Shown: positions 18,909-29,024 of the stretch, one piece after another | Position numbering within the stretch: the first letter of the stretch is position 1 | Layout of the letters: each line of letters starts with the position of its first letter | Source: Salinisphaera sp. | GTDB taxonomy: Bacteria > Pseudomonadota > Gammaproteobacteria > Nevskiales > Salinisphaeraceae | NCBI GenBank assembly: GCA_027858915.1 | Contig: JAQIBT010000147.1 | Coordinates: forward strand, 1,855-65,854 | Direction of reading: 5' to 3' | DNA: 64,000 nt | Program-made: the position numbers and the translations under genes | The notes under the pieces: generated by a model | What the model was told of the DNA's origin: nothing | The model's input: the letters and a program-made list of their open reading frames with translations, nothing else | Databases searched by the model: none

Positions 18909-20616
18909 CTGGCCAAGTGATCTGCTAGGACATCCACTTCTCAGCCCGGCGCTGCTGATGATCGTCGGCGGCTTCGTACTGGCTGCCAGTCCGCGCCAGG
19001 TGCACGGCGTGTGGCTGTTGGCCATACCGGCGGCCGCCCTGGCGCTGCTGTGGCAACTACCGCTGGGCCTGCACGGCGAGATCAGCCTGTTCGGCTTCGA
19101 TCTGACCATGCTGCGGATCGACGGGCTCAGCCGGATCTGGGCCACCATATTCCTGATCGGTTCATTTCTGAGCGGGCTGTATGCGCTGCACGTTCGCGAT
19201 CGTATCCAGCACGTGGCCTCGCTGATCTATGCCGGTGCGGCGATCGGCGCCGTGCTGGCCGGCGATCTGGTCACCCTGTTCATCTTCTGGGAAGGCACAG
19301 CCATCTCGTCGGTGTTCCTGATCTGGGCAAGGCGCACGGTGCGCGCCCATATCGTAGGACTTCGTTATCTGGTGATTCAGGTAACCTCCGGGCTGCTGTT
19401 GATGGTGGGCACCATCATCCACTACCGAGCTACCGGCTCCATTGCCTTCAATCATCTGGGGCTGGAAACTGCCGGCGGCTGGCTGATCTTTCTAGCCTTC
19501 GGCATCAAGGCTGCGTTTCCGCTACTGCACAACTGGGTACAGGACGCCTACCCGGAAGCCACAGTGACGGGCACCGTGGTGCTGTCGATCTTCACTACCA
19601 AGCTGGCGATCTATTCGCTGGCGCGCGGCTATGCCGGCACCGAACTGCTGATCACCGTCGGCGCGGTGATGACGATCTTCCCGATCTTCTTCGCCGTGAT
19701 CGAAAACGATCTGCGCCGTGTGCTGGCCTACAGTCTGAACAACCAGCTGGGCTTCATGGTGGTCGGTATCGGCATCGGTACTAATCTCGCGATCAACGGC
19801 GCTGCAGCCCATGCGTTCGCCCATATTCTCTACAAGGGCCTGTTGTTCATGAGCATGGGCGCGGTGCTGCACCGTGTCGGCACGGTCAAGGCCAGCGAGC
19901 TGGGCGGGCTGTACAAGTCGATGCCGTGGACGGCGGCATTCTGTATTGTCGGCTCGATGTCGATCTCGGCGTTTCCGTTGTTCTCGGGCTTTGTCACCAA
20001 ATCGATGATCCTGACGGCGGCCGCCGAACAACACCACTGGATCGCCTGGACGGCGCTGTTGCTGGCCTCGGCCGGCGTGCTCGATCATTCCGGTATCAAG
20101 GTGCCGTTCTTCTCGTTTTTCCACCACGACGTCGGCTGGCGCGTGAAAGAAGCGCCGCTGAACATGCTGCTTGCGATGGGCGCGGCCGCTTTTCTGTGCA
20201 TCGGCATCGGCGTCTATCCGGCACCGCTGTACGCGATCCTGCCGTTCGCTGTCGATTACTCTGCGTATTCGACGGCGCACGTGATCAACCAGCTGCAGCT
20301 GTTGCTGTTTGCGGCGCTGGCATTCGTGGTGCTGTTCCGCAACGGCTGGTATCCGGCCGAGATTCGCGGCCTGAATCTGGATTCGGACTGGGTCTATCGG
20401 CACGCCCTGCCGGCCATGGCGGCGCGGATCCATCGCGCACTGGTCGCCACGCGCGAACACGCGCGCGCAAAACTGGGCCGGCTAGGCTCGGGCAGCTATG
20501 GCTGGCTGAAGTCGCACTACGGATCTACCGGGGCGCTTTCGCGCACCTGGACTACCGGCGTGATGCTGCTCTGGGCTGGCGTGCTGTTGGCGCTTTACCT
20601 AGTGATCTACTACTGA
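18901..20616 (+). CDS. Na+/H+ antiporter subunit D/A-like (copy 3)
   Basis: LFIFWEG, GIKAAFPLLHNWVQDAYP, FTTKLA, RRVLAYS, HILYKGLLF, FVTKSM. Confidence 0.88.
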   Translation: MTDWPSDLLGHPLLSPALLMIVGGFVLAASPRQVHGVWLLAIPAAALALLWQLPLGLHGEISLFGFDLTMLRIDGLSRIWATIFLIGSFLSGLYALHVRDRIQHVASLIYAGAAIGAVLAGDLVTLFIFWEGTAISSVFLIWARRTVRAHIVGLRYLVIQVTSGLLLMVGTIIHYRATGSIAFNHLGLETAGGWLIFLAFGIKAAFPLLHNWVQDAYPEATVTGTVVLSIFTTKLAIYSLARGYAGTELLITVGAVMTIFPIFFAVIENDLRRVLAYSLNNQLGFMVVGIGIGTNLAINGAAAHAFAHILYKGLLFMSMGAVLHRVGTVKASELGGLYKSMPWTAAFCIVGSMSISAFPLFSGFVTKSMILTAAAEQHHWIAWTALLLASAGVLDHSGIKVPFFSFFHHDVGWRVKEAPLNMLLAMGAAAFLCIGIGVYPAPLYAILPFAVDYSAYSTAHVINQLQLLLFAALAFVVLFRNGWYPAEIRGLNLDSDWVYRHALPAMAARIHRALVATREHARAKLGRLGSGSYGWLKSHYGSTGALSRTWTTGVMLLWAGVLLALYLVIYY

Positions 20617-20694
20617 CGGGGCTGGCGATTTTCGATCGGACTCGTTCGCGTACCCGCATCGAATAGCGGACAGAAGCGGGCAAATCGGTGTCGA

Positions 20695-21417
20695 TCAGCT
20701 CTCGAGCGTACGCCACAGGCAGCGGTCGCCAGAGGCCTTGGCGAGCATGTCGAGGTAGCGATCGTGCGACGCACGCTCGTCGTCAGTGGCGCGCTGCACC
20801 CGCGGGCGGCTCGCAGCCTGCGACAGATGCGTCGCCAGTCCGGCACTGGCCAGGCCCTCGCTTTCCTCACTGTCTTCTCCCAGCAAGCCGATATCGATCT
20901 GGCCACCGGTCATCATCAGATAGACGTCGGCCAACAGCTGAGCATCGAGCAGAGCGCCATGCAACTCGCGGTTGGAATTGTCAATATCGAAGCGCTTGCA
21001 CAGCGCATCCAGACTGTTGCGCTGGCCGGGATACAACTGACGCGCCTCGACCAGCGTATCGATCACCGGGCCACGGCTTTCCAACGTCTGATAATTGTCG
21101 TCGGTGCGCTGAAACTCGCTGTTGAGAAAGCCGAGATCAAACGGCGCGTTGTGGATGATCAACTCGGCACCCTCCAGATACTCGGCCAGCGTCGACGAAA
21201 TCTCGTGAAAGCGCGGTTTGTCCGCCAGATATTCGAGCGTAATCCCGTGCACCGCCTGTGCGCCCTCGTCGATATCGCGATCCGGGTGCAGATAAAGATG
21301 CAGATCGTTGCCCGTCAGCCGCCGGTTAGCGACTTCCACGCAACCGATCTCGATGATGCGATGACCCTGCTCGTGTTCCAGGCCGGTGGTTTCGGTATCG
21401 AGGACGATCTGTCGCAT
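20695..21417 (-). CDS. dnaQ: DNA polymerase III epsilon subunit
   Basis: IVLDTETTG, GHRIIEIG, IHNAPFD, SLDALC, HGALLDA (DEDDh). Confidence 0.96.
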   Translation of the reverse strand: MRQIVLDTETTGLEHEQGHRIIEIGCVEVANRRLTGNDLHLYLHPDRDIDEGAQAVHGITLEYLADKPRFHEISSTLAEYLEGAELIIHNAPFDLGFLNSEFQRTDDNYQTLESRGPVIDTLVEARQLYPGQRNSLDALCKRFDIDNSNRELHGALLDAQLLADVYLMMTGGQIDIGLLGEDSEESEGLASAGLATHLSQAASRPRVQRATDDERASHDRYLDMLAKASGDRCLWRTLES

Positions 21418-21426
21418 GGTTATTCC

Positions 21427-21876
21427 TTACTTTTTCATCTCATCGATGCCGCGATTGGCCAGCACATCGGCCGCCTCGTTGCCAGGGTCGCCGGCGTGGC
21501 CTTTCACCCAGTGCCATTCGATCTGATGACGCTGGCAGGCGTCATCGAGTGCGCGCCAGAGCTCGGCGTTCTTGACCGGTTTCTTCGCGGCGGTCTTCCA
21601 GCCGTTTTTCTTCCAGTTATTCATCCACTGCATGATGCCCTGGCGCACATAGGTGGAGTCGGTATGCAGGTCCACGGTACAGGCGCGCTTGAGCGCGTTG
21701 AGCGCTTCGATGGCAGCCGTGAGCTCCATCCGGTTATTAGTGGTATTGGCCTCGCCGCCGCACAGCTCGCGCTTGGTATCGCCGTAGCTCAGCAGCGCTC
21801 CCCAACCGCCCGGCCCTGGATTGCCACGGCAGGCACCGTCGGTATAAATCGTGACCACTGATTCGCTATTTTTCAT
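21427..21876 (-). CDS. rnhA: Ribonuclease HI
   Basis: [40 protein letters not shown]. Confidence 0.96.
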   Translation of the reverse strand: MKNSESVVTIYTDGACRGNPGPGGWGALLSYGDTKRELCGGEANTTNNRMELTAAIEALNALKRACTVDLHTDSTYVRQGIMQWMNNWKKNGWKTAAKKPVKNAELWRALDDACQRHQIEWHWVKGHAGDPGNEAADVLANRGIDEMKK

Positions 21877-22621
21877 CGCGCGCATGGTAGCCGCGTCGGC
21901 TTGCCTGCGCCAACCCCGGCCGCGACTGTTTTGTGAGGCGCGGCTGGCGGTGGCCCGATTGCGGACGACAGCGGGCGGCTCGCCGCGCCACCAGTACATA
22001 GCCAGGCGCGCTCCACGCCAGCGCTGCCAGCCAGGGCCGGTCGGCACCGTCCTGCCAGGGGCGGCCGAACAACGGAAACCCGCTGCCATGGCGCCAGCAT
22101 TCAAGCGTTTCGATATCCAGTACCCGCAACCAATCGGCCAGCCGTGCCGCACGGGGCGGCGTACTCAGCGGTGAAAAACGCGCGCCGTGGCGCCAGCTCA
22201 AGGATTGGCACGTTGCCCACCAGGACAACGGATTGAAACAGCAGACGACAATCTGGCCACGATCGCTGAGAACCCGCGCGCATTCGCGCACCAGAGCATG
22301 CGGTTCGCCGGTCATCTCCAATCCGTGCAGCAGCACTAGCGCATCCACGCTGCCGGTAGCTAGCGGCAGGTGACGGCCGTCCCAACAGATGTCGGGCCGA
22401 TCATCGGTCGACACGCCGAGTTGCCAGCGGCGCAACGTGCCGGCCCGGTCAAGTACTGATTCCGACAGGGGCCAACCGGTCAGTGCTACACAGCGGTAAC
22501 CCGACAGACCGCTCATAAGCTGGCCTATCAGGCGCGACTCTTGCGCCCGCAGATTTGCCGCGCCCGGCTGTTCAAACCAGCGCCGCACGGACTCCGGATT
22601 GTCTGACAAAAATCGAAACAA
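21866..22621 (-). CDS. YafS-like class I SAM-dependent methyltransferase
   Basis: [32 protein letters not shown]. Conserved position between gloB and rnhA. Confidence 0.75.
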   Translation of the reverse strand: MFRFLSDNPESVRRWFEQPGAANLRAQESRLIGQLMSGLSGYRCVALTGWPLSESVLDRAGTLRRWQLGVSTDDRPDICWDGRHLPLATGSVDALVLLHGLEMTGEPHALVRECARVLSDRGQIVVCCFNPLSWWATCQSLSWRHGARFSPLSTPPRAARLADWLRVLDIETLECWRHGSGFPLFGRPWQDGADRPWLAALAWSAPGYVLVARRAARCRPQSGHRQPRLTKQSRPGLAQASRRGYHARDEK

Positions 22622-22656
22622 TTGATTTTGCCTCAGGCCGTTGGCAACATCCGCAG

Positions 22657-23433
22657 ATGCTCGAAATCAATTACGTACCCGCACTGACGGATAATTATAT
22701 CTGGATCGTCGCCCGACCCGGTAGCCGCTTGGTCGCTGTAGTTGACCCCGGTGAAGCCGAGCCGGTCAAACAGTGGTTGTCGGCGCACGATCTGAGCGTT
22801 GGCGCCTATCTGATTACCCATCATCACGGCGACCATGTCGGCGGGCTCGACGGCCTGCTGGCCGAACATCCAGCGCCCGTCTACGGTCCTGCGACCGAGG
22901 CCGACACAATCGGCCAGGTGGATCATCGACTGGCCGGCGGCGATATGTTTTCGCTGGAATTTCTGGATGCGGCATTCTCGGTGATCGACGTGCCCGGCCA
23001 TACCCTGGGCCATATCGCCCTGGTCACAGGCGATATCCTGCTGGCCGGCGACGCCCTGTTCCGGGGCGGCTGCGGACGCGTGTTCGAGGGAACCCACGCG
23101 CAGATGCAGGCCTCGTTGGCCCGCCTGCGCGCCCTGCCCGAGACCACGCGTGTCTATGGCGGCCACGAATATACGCAGAAGAATCTGGCCTTTGCCCAGA
23201 CCGTCGAGCCGGACAATGCCGCCATCCGCGAAGCGATCGACACCGTCGATGCGCTACGTCGTGAGGGCAAGCCGAGCCTGCCATCGACGCTGGGCGAGGA
23301 AATACGGACCAATCCATTCCTGCGCTGGGACGTCGAACCGGTCCGGCGCGTTGCCAGCCAACGCGCCGGACGCGAGCTAATCAATCCAGGCGAGATATTT
23401 GCCGTACTGCGTGATTGGAAAGATGCCAGCTGA
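22657..23433 (+). CDS. gloB: Hydroxyacylglutathione hydrolase (glyoxalase II)
   Basis: DNYIW, THHHGDHVGG, PGHTLGH, GDALF.GGCGR, HEYT. Confidence 0.93.
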   Translation: MLEINYVPALTDNYIWIVARPGSRLVAVVDPGEAEPVKQWLSAHDLSVGAYLITHHHGDHVGGLDGLLAEHPAPVYGPATEADTIGQVDHRLAGGDMFSLEFLDAAFSVIDVPGHTLGHIALVTGDILLAGDALFRGGCGRVFEGTHAQMQASLARLRALPETTRVYGGHEYTQKNLAFAQTVEPDNAAIREAIDTVDALRREGKPSLPSTLGEEIRTNPFLRWDVEPVRRVASQRAGRELINPGEIFAVLRDWKDAS

Positions 23434-25153
23434 ACATCGCCGCGGCTGTCGCGGCCTGCCGAGTCTCACCCTGGCGATATCGCTGAGTCTTCTAATGGTC
23501 GGCTGTGCCAGTTCGCCGGGCCGGTCGCCGACAGGAACGTCGACTCCGATAGCCAGGAATCGATCGACGCTGCCCGTGACCGACCGCGCCGACAACGTGA
23601 AAATGGCGAAAACAAGCGACCTGGACAAACTTGACCCGCCCACGCCGAAGAACTATGTCCCGCACAAGTGGCCGGCTCCAAGCCAGGATCTATGGTCGCA
23701 GATCCGCGATGGCCTCCAGCTCAAATCCGGCGCCAAGCGCCGCTCTGTGCGCATCTGGACCCAGTACTACGCGACCCATACCAATCATCTGAGCCAGTCA
23801 TTGCAGCGGGCACGGCCGTTCCTGTGGCACGTCGTCAAGCAGGTCGAAAAACGACACATGCCGACCGAGATCGCGCTGCTGCCAATCGTGGAGAGCGGCT
23901 ACGATCCCTCGGCAAAGTCCTACGTCGGCGCCAGTGGAATGTGGCAGTTCATGCCAGGCACCGCCGATTACATGAATCTGCCGCGTGACTGGTGGTACGA
24001 CGGCCGGGACGATCCGATCGCCTCCACGGATGCAGCCCTCAATTATCTACAGTCATTGAATCAGCGATATGACGGCGACTGGCTGCTGGCACTGGCGGCC
24101 TATAACGCCGGCCCGGGCCGCGTCGATAAAGCGATCGCGCAGGCTGAATCCGAAGGCCAGAGCACCAGCTACTGGGATCTCCAACTGCCGCAGGAAACCA
24201 CCGAGTACGTGCCAAAGCTCCTGGCGCTGCGTCGAATTCTGAAAACCCCGGCACGCTTTGGCGTCGACTGGCCGAGTCTGGCGAACAAACCGCGCACAAA
24301 GCTGGTCAAGCTGCCCGGACAGACCGAACTGAAGGTCGCGGCTCACATGCTTGATATGTCGCAAGCAAATCTGCGGCGACTCAATCCCGGCATGCGCCGT
24401 TGGGCCAGTGAACCCGGTGGCCACGATGAATTACTGGTACCCGCCGACAAGGCCGCTGCGTTTCAAGTCAAGCTTGCCCACATCAGCCCGGCTGACCTTG
24501 TCGATTCACGAACGCATACTGTCCACCGCGGCGACGTGCTCGGCCGGATCGCGCATACCTACGGCGTCAGCGTGGCCGCTCTCCGTGAGGCCAACGGACT
24601 TAACAGCAACACCATCCGCGTGGGCCAGCGCCTTACGATTCCGGGCCCCGGCGGCCACGAAAAAGCGCCGCCCGCCGAGCCGACGCAGACCTATGTCGTG
24701 CAGTCGGGCGATACCCTGTGGAACATCGCCGATCGTTATAGCGTGAGCGTGGCCAGTTTGCGACGGGCCAACGGTTCAAGCAGCAACACGCTGCATCCCG
24801 GCGATTCGCTGTCGATCCCGGGCTCGGCGAAGCTGCCGGCGCCCAGCACCTACGTCGTTCAGACCGGCGATACCTTATGGTCGATCGCGCAGACCAACCA
24901 CGTTTCCGTGTCTGACCTGCGGCAATGGAATCGCATACCATCCGGTATGTCGCTCCACCCGGGCCGCACGATCGCACTCGACGGCCCAGCGCCGCTGCCG
25001 GATTATTATGAAGTGGAGCCTGGCGACTCACTGTGGTCGATCGCCAGTCGCTTTTCGATGCAGGTCGCAACCCTGCGCAGCTTGAACGATATGTCGTCCA
25101 ACAGCACCATACAGCCTGGCGAGCGCCTGCGACTTCAGCCATTATCAAGCTGA
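23423..25153 (+). CDS. mltD: Membrane-bound lytic murein transglycosylase D with four LysM domains
   Basis: Lipobox LMVGC, SLT domain (LPIVES, GMWQFM, LALAAYNAG, ETTEYVPKL), and four LysM repeats. Confidence 0.92.
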   Translation: MPAEHRRGCRGLPSLTLAISLSLLMVGCASSPGRSPTGTSTPIARNRSTLPVTDRADNVKMAKTSDLDKLDPPTPKNYVPHKWPAPSQDLWSQIRDGLQLKSGAKRRSVRIWTQYYATHTNHLSQSLQRARPFLWHVVKQVEKRHMPTEIALLPIVESGYDPSAKSYVGASGMWQFMPGTADYMNLPRDWWYDGRDDPIASTDAALNYLQSLNQRYDGDWLLALAAYNAGPGRVDKAIAQAESEGQSTSYWDLQLPQETTEYVPKLLALRRILKTPARFGVDWPSLANKPRTKLVKLPGQTELKVAAHMLDMSQANLRRLNPGMRRWASEPGGHDELLVPADKAAAFQVKLAHISPADLVDSRTHTVHRGDVLGRIAHTYGVSVAALREANGLNSNTIRVGQRLTIPGPGGHEKAPPAEPTQTYVVQSGDTLWNIADRYSVSVASLRRANGSSSNTLHPGDSLSIPGSAKLPAPSTYVVQTGDTLWSIAQTNHVSVSDLRQWNRIPSGMSLHPGRTIALDGPAPLPDYYEVEPGDSLWSIASRFSMQVATLRSLNDMSSNSTIQPGERLRLQPLSS

Positions 25154-25217
25154 TCGACAAACCAGTTGACACCAAGGCGCGCCCGCCGGGCACCACCATC
25201 ATCACTGAGGAGCAGAC

Positions 25218-26009
25218 ATGGGTTTTCTCGAAGGCAAGAAAGCGCTGATCACCGGACTGGCCAGCGAGCGCTCGATTGCGTACGGCGTAGCGCAGGCGAT
25301 GAGCGAGCAAGGCGCAGAACTTGTCCTGACCTACCAGGGCGACAAGCTCAAGGAACGCGTGCAGAAGATGGGCGCAACGCTTGGCGCCACCGCGGTTCTG
25401 CCATTGGACGTCGCGGAAGACGAGCAGATCGACCAGTTGTTCGCCGATCTTGGCCAGCACTGGGAACAACTCGATGTGCTCGTGCACGCCATCGGCTTCG
25501 CGCCACGCGAGGCGCTATCCGGCGGCTATCTGGACAGTATCTCTCGCGATGCGTCGCGCATTGCCCACGACATCAGCGCCTACAGCTTTGCCGCACTGGC
25601 CAAGGCCGCCCGCCCGATGCTCTCAGACACCGCATCGCTGATCACACTCACCTATCTTGGCGCCGAGCGCGTCATGCCGGGCTATAACGTCATGGGGCCG
25701 GCCAAGGCGAGCCTGGAGTCGAACATGCGTTTCATCGCTGGCGACCTGGGCCCTCAAGGTATCCGCGTGAACGCCATTTCCGCCGGCCCGATCAAGACAC
25801 TGGCGGCGGCCGGCATCTCGGGCTTTCGAAAAATGCTGGCCTATACCAAGGAAAGCGCGCCGCTGCGTCGCAACGTCACCCAGGCCGAGGTCGGCAACGC
25901 GGCCGCCTTCCTGGCATCCGACCTGGCCTCCGGCATCACGGGCGAAGTCCTGTACGTCGACGCCGGCTATAACATCATGGGGATGAACCCGGCAGTCGAG
26001 AACGGCTGA
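25218..26009 (+). CDS. fabI: Enoyl-ACP reductase (NADH)
   Basis: [47 protein letters not shown]; GAGGAG RBS. Confidence 0.96.
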   Translation: MGFLEGKKALITGLASERSIAYGVAQAMSEQGAELVLTYQGDKLKERVQKMGATLGATAVLPLDVAEDEQIDQLFADLGQHWEQLDVLVHAIGFAPREALSGGYLDSISRDASRIAHDISAYSFAALAKAARPMLSDTASLITLTYLGAERVMPGYNVMGPAKASLESNMRFIAGDLGPQGIRVNAISAGPIKTLAAAGISGFRKMLAYTKESAPLRRNVTQAEVGNAAAFLASDLASGITGEVLYVDAGYNIMGMNPAVENG

Positions 26010-26013
26010 GGCC

Positions 26014-26286
26014 CTAGGGCCTGTTGCCGTTCCGTGCGAGGCCGCGCCAAGGGCTGTTTTGCGGCAAGACGAGGCGCAGCAAGGGCCGTGTAGTCATTCT
26101 ACATAAACGCGCTGCAACGCTGTATTGCCGCAAAACAGCCCTTGTCCCGAAGGGTTGGGCCTCAAATCGCCCCAGGCGGCGTGGCAAGTCTGGGTCGTGG
26201 CACGCCACGGCCGGCGACTCGCGCCTTGCCTGAGACGATTTGAGGTCTCCAACGCGGCGCTCGCACGAAACGGCAACAGGCCCTAG
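26014..26286. mobile_element. MITE-like non-coding element (273 bp) with terminal inverted repeats and two internal arms
   Basis: 27-nt TIRs ctagggcctgttgccgtt(c/t)cgtgcgag (26014-26040 / 26260-26286, 1 mismatch), CTAG at both ends. Perfect 20-bp internal stem 26048-26067/26125-26144 and 10-bp stem 26160-26169/26236-26245. Confidence 0.75.
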
Positions 26287-26288
26287 TG

Positions 26289-26327
26289 AAAAAAGCCGGC
26301 TGCGGATGGTCCGCAGCCGGCTTTTTT
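26289..26327. terminator. Bidirectional Rho-independent terminator
   Basis: aaaaaagccggctgcgg-atggt-ccgcagccggctttttt between convergent fabI and ppiD. Confidence 0.9.
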
Positions 26328-26388
26328 GTGCCATTCATTATCTTGCCGGCACAGTCGATCGGCCTTGAATACGACGGCACGGCAAGTT

Positions 26389-28284
26389 CTATTGCAACGC
26401 TCCCTTGTGAATATTAACATCGGCCTGATCGCGCAGATAAGTATCCAGCGCAGCGTATTCCAGCTGAGCGTTCAACTGGGTCTGCTGCTGGGTATACTGT
26501 TTGCGCTGCTTGGCTTCCTTGGCCCCTGTCGTGCCACTGTCGCGAGCGTCGCTGACGGCAACCAGCGCCACCTGGCCGTCGCTCGTCGGTGCGACCTGAT
26601 AGCTGTCCTTGCCTTTGGCAGGCAACGGCATCGAAAAGACGACGTCAACGATCCGTGCGTCAGCACTGGAATCCGAACGGCCGATAAAACCGAGCGTCTT
26701 GAGCGCAGCCTTGGGGTCACTTTTGGCGACCGACTCCAGACTGGCACCCGCCTGAATTTTCTTCAGCGCCGCATCAGCTGCGTCCCTGGCCCGGCTACTC
26801 GCCTTCTCTGAAACCAGACGCTGACGGATGTCGTCGCTGACATCGGCCAGCGGCTTGCGCTCGGCCGGCTGCCTATCCGTCACCCGCAGTACGATCTTGC
26901 GTTGCTGGCCAAGGTCAATCACCTCACTGTTGAGCTTGTCCTTGTATACCGCGTCCGAAAACGCAGCCTTTCGTACGGCATCGTACTGGCCGATACCAGG
27001 GCCGGACTGCGGGCTGATCCAATCCGTGTGCTGAATCTTGAGGCCCAGCTTGTTGGAGATGGTCTGCAGATCGTTGGGCGCCTGATAGGCCAGATCGTCC
27101 AGTTGCTGGGCCTGTTTCTTGTAAGCCGCGGCTGTGGCCTGCGATTGCGCCATCGCCTTGAGCTGGGACTGAACCTGGGGCGCGTTGAAGTCGGGCGTGT
27201 TCGCTGGCGTCACGCCAGTCAGACGTGCGAGATACCAGGCATTCTTGCCGCGCACCGGGTTCGACAGTGCGCCCTTGTCGAGGCCAAAGAGGGCCGCGCC
27301 AAGCGCGGAAGGCAGCGCGCTTTGTGTCTGGCTGTCGAGGGTCTGAAAAGCAGCGCCCTTCACGTCGCCCGCGGCCTGCTTCAGCGTCTTACCATGGTTG
27401 GCGGCAGCCGCTACGGCCTGAATACTCTGGCGGGCCGCCGCATCATCGCCCGGGCTGATCGCCACACGAACGACATCGGCACTGCGCTGCTCGGACGTAC
27501 CAAGTTCGTTCTTATGCTGGCTGTAAAGCTTCTGTAGCGTGTCCTCGCTGGGAGCCGGTGGCGAGACGCTGCCGGTATCAAGCGACACATAAGACAGCTT
27601 GACTCGCTGCGGGCTCCGGAACTGCTTGCCGTGACTATCGTAATAGCTCTTTATCTGCGCCGACGTCACCTTGACGTCGCCTTTGAATGTGTTCGGATTG
27701 AACACCAGATAGCGCGTCTTTCGCTGCTGATTGGCCAGACGGTAGGCCTGATCGACCTCGGCAGAAGACGCAAATGCACCAGCCCCGATGACTTGTTGCA
27801 CCTGCTGTGTCAACAGACTGTGACGCAACTCGGCCTCATACTGCGCCGGCTGGATATTCGCCTGGGCAAGCAGTGCCTTGTAACGGTCCGCCGAGAATTG
27901 ACCGTTCTCCTGAAACTGTGGATTAGACCGGATCTGTGCAAGCAGATCAGCATTGGTGACCCGGTATCCGGCATCCCGCGCATAGGCCTGCATGACCGCC
28001 TGATTGATTAAGCCGTTCAGTACATTACGGCGGATTTTATCGGGCGGCATCAGGCTGGGGTCGAAATTCTTTCCGAGCATCTGCCGAATACGTCCATAGC
28101 GCTGATTGAACGCGTTCTGGAGCTGCGAATGAGTGATGTCCGTACCTGCAGCCGATGCCACCACCGGATCAGACGAGGGCGTGAAATAAGAGCCGATGCC
28201 CCAGACACCGAACACCACTGCGATGACGGCAACAACAACATAGGCCAGCGGTCCACTGGCCCCATCACGGATTTTCTGCAGCAT
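26389..28284 (-). CDS. ppiD: Periplasmic folding chaperone PpiD (SurA N-terminal domain)
   Basis: MLQKIR..IAVVFGVWG N-terminal TM, SurA_N region, size (631 aa), and position downstream of hupB. Confidence 0.88.
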   Translation of the reverse strand: MLQKIRDGASGPLAYVVVAVIAVVFGVWGIGSYFTPSSDPVVASAAGTDITHSQLQNAFNQRYGRIRQMLGKNFDPSLMPPDKIRRNVLNGLINQAVMQAYARDAGYRVTNADLLAQIRSNPQFQENGQFSADRYKALLAQANIQPAQYEAELRHSLLTQQVQQVIGAGAFASSAEVDQAYRLANQQRKTRYLVFNPNTFKGDVKVTSAQIKSYYDSHGKQFRSPQRVKLSYVSLDTGSVSPPAPSEDTLQKLYSQHKNELGTSEQRSADVVRVAISPGDDAAARQSIQAVAAAANHGKTLKQAAGDVKGAAFQTLDSQTQSALPSALGAALFGLDKGALSNPVRGKNAWYLARLTGVTPANTPDFNAPQVQSQLKAMAQSQATAAAYKKQAQQLDDLAYQAPNDLQTISNKLGLKIQHTDWISPQSGPGIGQYDAVRKAAFSDAVYKDKLNSEVIDLGQQRKIVLRVTDRQPAERKPLADVSDDIRQRLVSEKASSRARDAADAALKKIQAGASLESVAKSDPKAALKTLGFIGRSDSSADARIVDVVFSMPLPAKGKDSYQVAPTSDGQVALVAVSDARDSGTTGAKEAKQRKQYTQQQTQLNAQLEYAALDTYLRDQADVNIHKGALQ

Positions 28285-28478
28285 AGTTTCTACGAGCTCC
28301 GACTCAGCAAGGCCGCGGCGCGCCGCGTGGCTGATGATCTGGGTTCTTTCAAGGGCGGATTGCGCATTGTGCCGGAGTACGGCGTTCGCATCCATGCTCG
28401 GAGGGCGGATTCAGCGCTGAAAGATCACAACGATTGCGGCGAAGCACGATAGGAACGCCAATCCGCCTGAAAAACAGG

Positions 28479-28507
28479 AAAAAAAAGAGCGCTCTAGGAG
28501 CGCTCTT
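28479..28507 (-). terminator. Rho-independent terminator of the tRNA-Val/Asp transcript
   Basis: Perfect 10-bp stem aagagcgctc/gagcgctctt followed on the minus strand by a T-run. Confidence 0.8.
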
Positions 28508-28545
28508 GGGATGGTCTGTCCGGTTTGTCACCGTCAGACAGACTA

Positions 28546-28622
28546 TGGCGGAGCGGACGGGACTCGAACCCGCGACCTCCGGCGTGACAGGCCGGCATTC
28601 TAACCAGCTGAACTACCGCTCC
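28546..28622 (-). tRNA. tRNA-Asp (GTC)
   Basis: Minus strand GGAGCGGTAGTTCAGCTGGTTAGAATGCCGGCCTGTCACGCCGG...GTTCGAG...CTCCGCCA; anticodon GTC, encoded CCA. Confidence 0.97.
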
Positions 28623-28633
28623 TAAACCAGTTT

Positions 28634-28709
28634 TGGTGGGTGCTGACGGATTCGAACCGCCGACATTCGCCGTGTAAAGGCGACGCTCTACCAACTGAGC
28701 TAAGCACCC
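28634..28709 (-). tRNA. tRNA-Val (TAC)
   Basis: Minus strand GGGTGCTTAGCTCAGTTGGTAGAGCGTCGCCTTTACACGGCGA...GTTCGAAT...CACCCACCA; anticodon TAC. Confidence 0.97.
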
Positions 28710-28751
28710 CGCAAGAGCTTGGGCTGATTGCCTTTGCCCTGCGAAGGAGCG

Positions 28752-29024
28752 CTAGTTTACAGCGTCTTTCAGCGCTTTACCAGCCTTAAATCCAGGAGTT
28801 TTTCCGGCCGGAATCTGAATCGACTGACCGGTCTTCGGATTACGCCCCTGGCGAGCGGCACGCTCGCGCACGGAGAACACACCAAAGCCAACCAGCGATA
28901 CCTTGTCGCCTTCTTTCAGAGCGTCGGTCACCGAGTCGATCATGGCGTCGACGGCGCGCGAGGCATCTGCTTTGGAGAGATCAGCGTCCGCGGCGACGGC
29001 ATCGACTAGTTCGGTTTTGTTCAT
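28752..29024 (-). CDS. hupB: DNA-binding protein HU-beta
   Basis: [43 protein letters not shown]; follows lon. Confidence 0.96.
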   Translation of the reverse strand: MNKTELVDAVAADADLSKADASRAVDAMIDSVTDALKEGDKVSLVGFGVFSVRERAARQGRNPKTGQSIQIPAGKTPGFKAGKALKDAVN

